DNA of 64,000 nucleotides, from contig CBDBFU010000025.1 of assembly GCA_965205025.1 (NCBI GenBank), forward strand, positions 1 to 64,000. Reading direction: 5' to 3'. Below the pieces are notes generated by a model. It did no database searches and was not told where the DNA came from. It saw only the letters and a program-made list of their open reading frames with translations. Positions within the stretch are counted from its first letter, which is position 1. Each line of letters opens with the position of its first letter. A program made the position numbers and the translations under genes. This DNA comes from Candidatus Poribacteria bacterium (lineage in GTDB: Bacteria; Poribacteria; WGA-4E; WGA-3G). This document shows positions 61,103-64,000 of this stretch, piece after piece.

Positions 61103-62814
61103 CCCAAGGTTCTATAACACAAGAGAAATCAATTACTAATGAGCATGTCCAATCAAAACTGATTCGTGCGATAGACGCATTATCTTTGATGCAGAAATCA
61201 GAAGGGAATTTTGAAGGAAAACTCTCCTCCAGCACATTTCCATCTTGTGCTTATGCATGGATTCAACTGATTCAAGGAGATATACCTGAAGAATCACTAA
61301 TCAACTGGTTCATAGATAATCAGAGCGAAGATGGTGCATGGGGATTAGACACTGCTAATCAGACAAATCCAAATTCTACATTGTTTGTACGTCTAATTTT
61401 GGAAGAAGTGTTTAACCAACAAACAGATCCCGATCTTGAAAAAACACTGTCCCATATCCCCGAGTATAAACAAAATCTTGGATTAGTAAAATTGGCATAC
61501 GCTACCTTTGGACGGTTTAATTGGCAGGATTTGACAATTCCAAAGAATGCAATCCCTCTTATTAAACTTGTTAAATTCCTATCTCAATTCCCACCTTTAA
61601 GTAAATTGCTAAAGCCTCCAAGACATAAACTCCCACCTGTTGATATATTCAATACCTCTCTATTTGAAGAATTATTCATTGCTGAACAACATACATTGGT
61701 TCCAGTTTTTATCCTGATTGAGTTAAATACCACGAATCGAACTGATGTTATTAACTCTCTTGTTGCATGGTTAAAATTAAAAGTATTAGGGGACGGTAGT
61801 TGGTTTCGTGTTAATTATATTACCGCGTTATCAGTGTTAGCTTTGATAGAAGTTGATAAGACAGACCATACTGATCCTGAGATTCCACACTTTATTGAGA
61901 AAGGGATGAATTGGCTCAGATCAACTAAGAATCCTGATGGTGGCTATCGTGAAGCCATAAACCTGAATGTGTGGGATACAGCCCTCAGTATCATTGCTTT
62001 AACTGAGATTGATGAATTACCGTCTGGTAAAACTGATTTAATTCATACTGCTGCACAATGGATTGTAGATCATCAGAATGAGGATGGTGGATGGGCATTT
62101 TCAGGAATGAAAGATAGTACACTTCCCAGTGATGCTGATGATACTGCCTTAGGAACACTGTCGTTAATTCGATCTAAGTTATCCACGGATGAAGCGAGAA
62201 GTTCTATAGATAATGGTGTAAGGTGGCTACTTGATAATCAAGGTTCAGATGGCAGTTGGAGTACATACCAACCTGGAGAAGGTGATGTTGGATGTATTAG
62301 TATTACTGTTCATGCTATTGAGGCGTTGTTAGAGTATGGGGACAATCTTGAATCAATAAATCATGGTATTCGATGGCTACAAAATTCAATTCATCCTGAT
62401 GGGTATTGGGATGATTTGTGGTTAGCAAAGAGGACCTATGGGACTGCATGTGCAATTACAGCATTGGTAAAGACAGGATTTGACGATGCTTCTGAGATTT
62501 CACAAGGTGTCCGCTGGTTGGAACAGAATCAGAATCCTGATGGTGGTTGGGGAGAAGATATGTTTGGAAACCCAACAAAAAGCACAGTTGAGCAAACCGC
62601 ATGGTGTACTTATACGCTATTATTAACTGATTATGAAAATCCTTCTGCACGAAAAGGGATACAATATCTGATTGATACTCAAGATGAAAACGGAACATGG
62701 AAGGATAGTTGTGTTGGTATTTATTGGGAAATAATCGGGGGATATAGTGATCCAATTTATGCATCTGTTTTTCCTATATTGGCACTAAATCAGTATCTAA
62801 GAGTGAAAAAATAG
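61099..62814 (+). CDS. Squalene-hopene cyclase-like terpene cyclase (prenyltransferase/squalene oxidase repeats)
   Basis: Repeated QxxDGxW motifs; VWDTAL; catalytic-type DADDTA; YGTACA. Confidence 0.8.
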   Translation: MTQGSITQEKSITNEHVQSKLIRAIDALSLMQKSEGNFEGKLSSSTFPSCAYAWIQLIQGDIPEESLINWFIDNQSEDGAWGLDTANQTNPNSTLFVRLILEEVFNQQTDPDLEKTLSHIPEYKQNLGLVKLAYATFGRFNWQDLTIPKNAIPLIKLVKFLSQFPPLSKLLKPPRHKLPPVDIFNTSLFEELFIAEQHTLVPVFILIELNTTNRTDVINSLVAWLKLKVLGDGSWFRVNYITALSVLALIEVDKTDHTDPEIPHFIEKGMNWLRSTKNPDGGYREAINLNVWDTALSIIALTEIDELPSGKTDLIHTAAQWIVDHQNEDGGWAFSGMKDSTLPSDADDTALGTLSLIRSKLSTDEARSSIDNGVRWLLDNQGSDGSWSTYQPGEGDVGCISITVHAIEALLEYGDNLESINHGIRWLQNSIHPDGYWDDLWLAKRTYGTACAITALVKTGFDDASEISQGVRWLEQNQNPDGGWGEDMFGNPTKSTVEQTAWCTYTLLLTDYENPSARKGIQYLIDTQDENGTWKDSCVGIYWEIIGGYSDPIYASVFPILALNQYLRVKK

Positions 62815-62843
62815 GGAAATGCCAATAATTCTGACTACATAAG

Positions 62844-63515
62844 ATGATTTCAGTAATTATACCAGTCCTAAATGAAGACAAGATTTTAGAAAAAACACTA
62901 TATAGTTTACAACCTGAGTTGACAGGGCATGAACTTATAATTGTGGATGGTGGTAGTTCAGATACTTCGGTTGAAATTGCAAAAAAATATGGCACGGTCA
63001 TCATTTCTGTAAAGGGACGGGGAAAACAACTAAATGCTGGTGCTGAACAAGCAAATGGTGAGATTTTTGTCTTTTTACACGCGGATGTGTGGTTAGAAGA
63101 AGGGGCAATTGCTGCTGTAGGGAGAGCAATTACCTGTGGATATGTGGGTGGAGGCTTTATTCAGAAAATAGAAGGGAAAAATATACTCTACCGAATTATT
63201 GAGAAGTGTGCAAACCTCCGTGGAAAATATCTGAAGATATTCTATGGTGACAGTGGGATTTTTATTACACGAGACGGTTTTCAGCAAATTGGTGGTTTTC
63301 CTGATGTTCCTATAATGGAAGAGATGGAATTTTCAAAAGCATTACACAAACTTGGAGAAACAGTGATGATTAGCCCACGGATACACATATCAGCCCGTAG
63401 ATGGGAAACAGGTGGAATTATTCGTACTACATTAATCAACTGGCTCATAACAATACTTTACATACTTGGATTCTCCACAGACAGACTGGCACAATTATAT
63501 AAGAATATACGATAG
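62844..63515 (+). CDS. GT2 glycosyltransferase (TIGR04283-like)
   Basis: ISVIIPVLNE; VDGGSSD; FLHAD; YGD; IGGFP; SARRW. Confidence 0.88.
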   Translation: MISVIIPVLNEDKILEKTLYSLQPELTGHELIIVDGGSSDTSVEIAKKYGTVIISVKGRGKQLNAGAEQANGEIFVFLHADVWLEEGAIAAVGRAITCGYVGGGFIQKIEGKNILYRIIEKCANLRGKYLKIFYGDSGIFITRDGFQQIGGFPDVPIMEEMEFSKALHKLGETVMISPRIHISARRWETGGIIRTTLINWLITILYILGFSTDRLAQLYKNIR

Positions 63516-63520
63516 AATAA

Positions 63521-63550
63521 AAACGGGACAGAATTAATTCTGTCCCGTTT
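63521..63550. terminator. Perfect 30-bp palindrome, probable bidirectional terminator between convergent genes
   Basis: AAACGGGACAGAATT-AATTCTGTCCCGTTT. Confidence 0.75.
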
Positions 63551-63621
63551 CAACTTAGCTTTAGTGATTAGTTCCAATTCTGTTCACTTGGAATTATAAC
63601 TATTTTCCATTATTTTAATGA

Positions 63622-63999
63622 TTACTCCACTTTTTCAAAACCATTTCTACCGTTCTGTTGCCAATTATCTGATTTCTGTTTCAATTTTTCAATATCTAAT
63701 GGATTCTGTATATCCACGATATGTGGAGTGATGATGAAGACAATCTCTGTATCTTGGACTTCAGTTTCTGTACTCTTGAAAAGCCTACCAAGTAATGGAA
63801 TATCTCCAAGAATAGGCACTTTATTCTCGACTTCCTTCTGTTTCTTACGGATAATACCTCCAACCACAAGTTGTTGTCCGTCTTCTACATCTATATAAAC
63901 GCTCAGAGTATTATCATCTGTAATTGGGGCGTTAAAATCTGTAAACTCTATGAAATTACTTGCACTGATGTTAGTAATGTCTAAACCAATTGTCCTTTT
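63622..63999 (-). CDS. Secretin (GspD/PilQ family), C-terminal part; truncated by window edge
   Basis: VEDGQQLVVGGII...KVPILGDIPLLGRLFKS...EIVFIITPHIV. Frame is open to the edge. Confidence 0.88.
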   Translation of the reverse strand, partial: KRTIGLDITNISASNFIEFTDFNAPITDDNTLSVYIDVEDGQQLVVGGIIRKKQKEVENKVPILGDIPLLGRLFKSTETEVQDTEIVFIITPHIVDIQNPLDIEKLKQKSDNWQQNGRNGFEKVE

Positions 64000-64000
64000 A

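Overview
AT-rich bacterial chromosome segment. The gene content points to Candidatus Poribacteria or a relative (inference): secreted WD40 proteins starting GLP[D/E]GAIARLGKG, a WD40-dockerin-FlgD/T9SS-like CTD protein, LamG proteins ending in W-G-x-(I/L)-K, two PhyH dioxygenases and a sulfatase. Housekeeping and metabolic genes include bioD, a GlmU-like nucleotidyltransferase, a larA-family gene, minCDE, a frameshifted pfkA, a ThDP enzyme, a squalene-hopene-cyclase-like gene with a GT2, and a partial secretin. There are two tandem arrays of secreted eukaryote-like proteins: 4 with C-type lectin domains and 8 WD40 propellers. Three things stand out. (1) A 100-180 bp TIR element family (ATGARGWTWAA...TTAAWCTTCAT) has five copies, and all five sit in the loop of unrelated DNA hairpins (four exactly at the centre) with no real target duplication. 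They are nested with several other TIR shells and GTAG-type REP hairpins. (2) Two tandem lipoprotein-peroxiredoxin genes are split in the ORF track at an in-frame UGA that forms UxxC motifs. Each UGA is followed by the same SECIS-like hairpin, and the genes share an operon with a Tat-exported DUF362 protein and a small CTGGAC-tailed lipoprotein. (3) Several frameshifts are all 1-2 nt insertions in homopolymer runs and are probably sequencing errors. No CRISPR array, rRNA, tRNA, transposase or reverse transcriptase was recognised.
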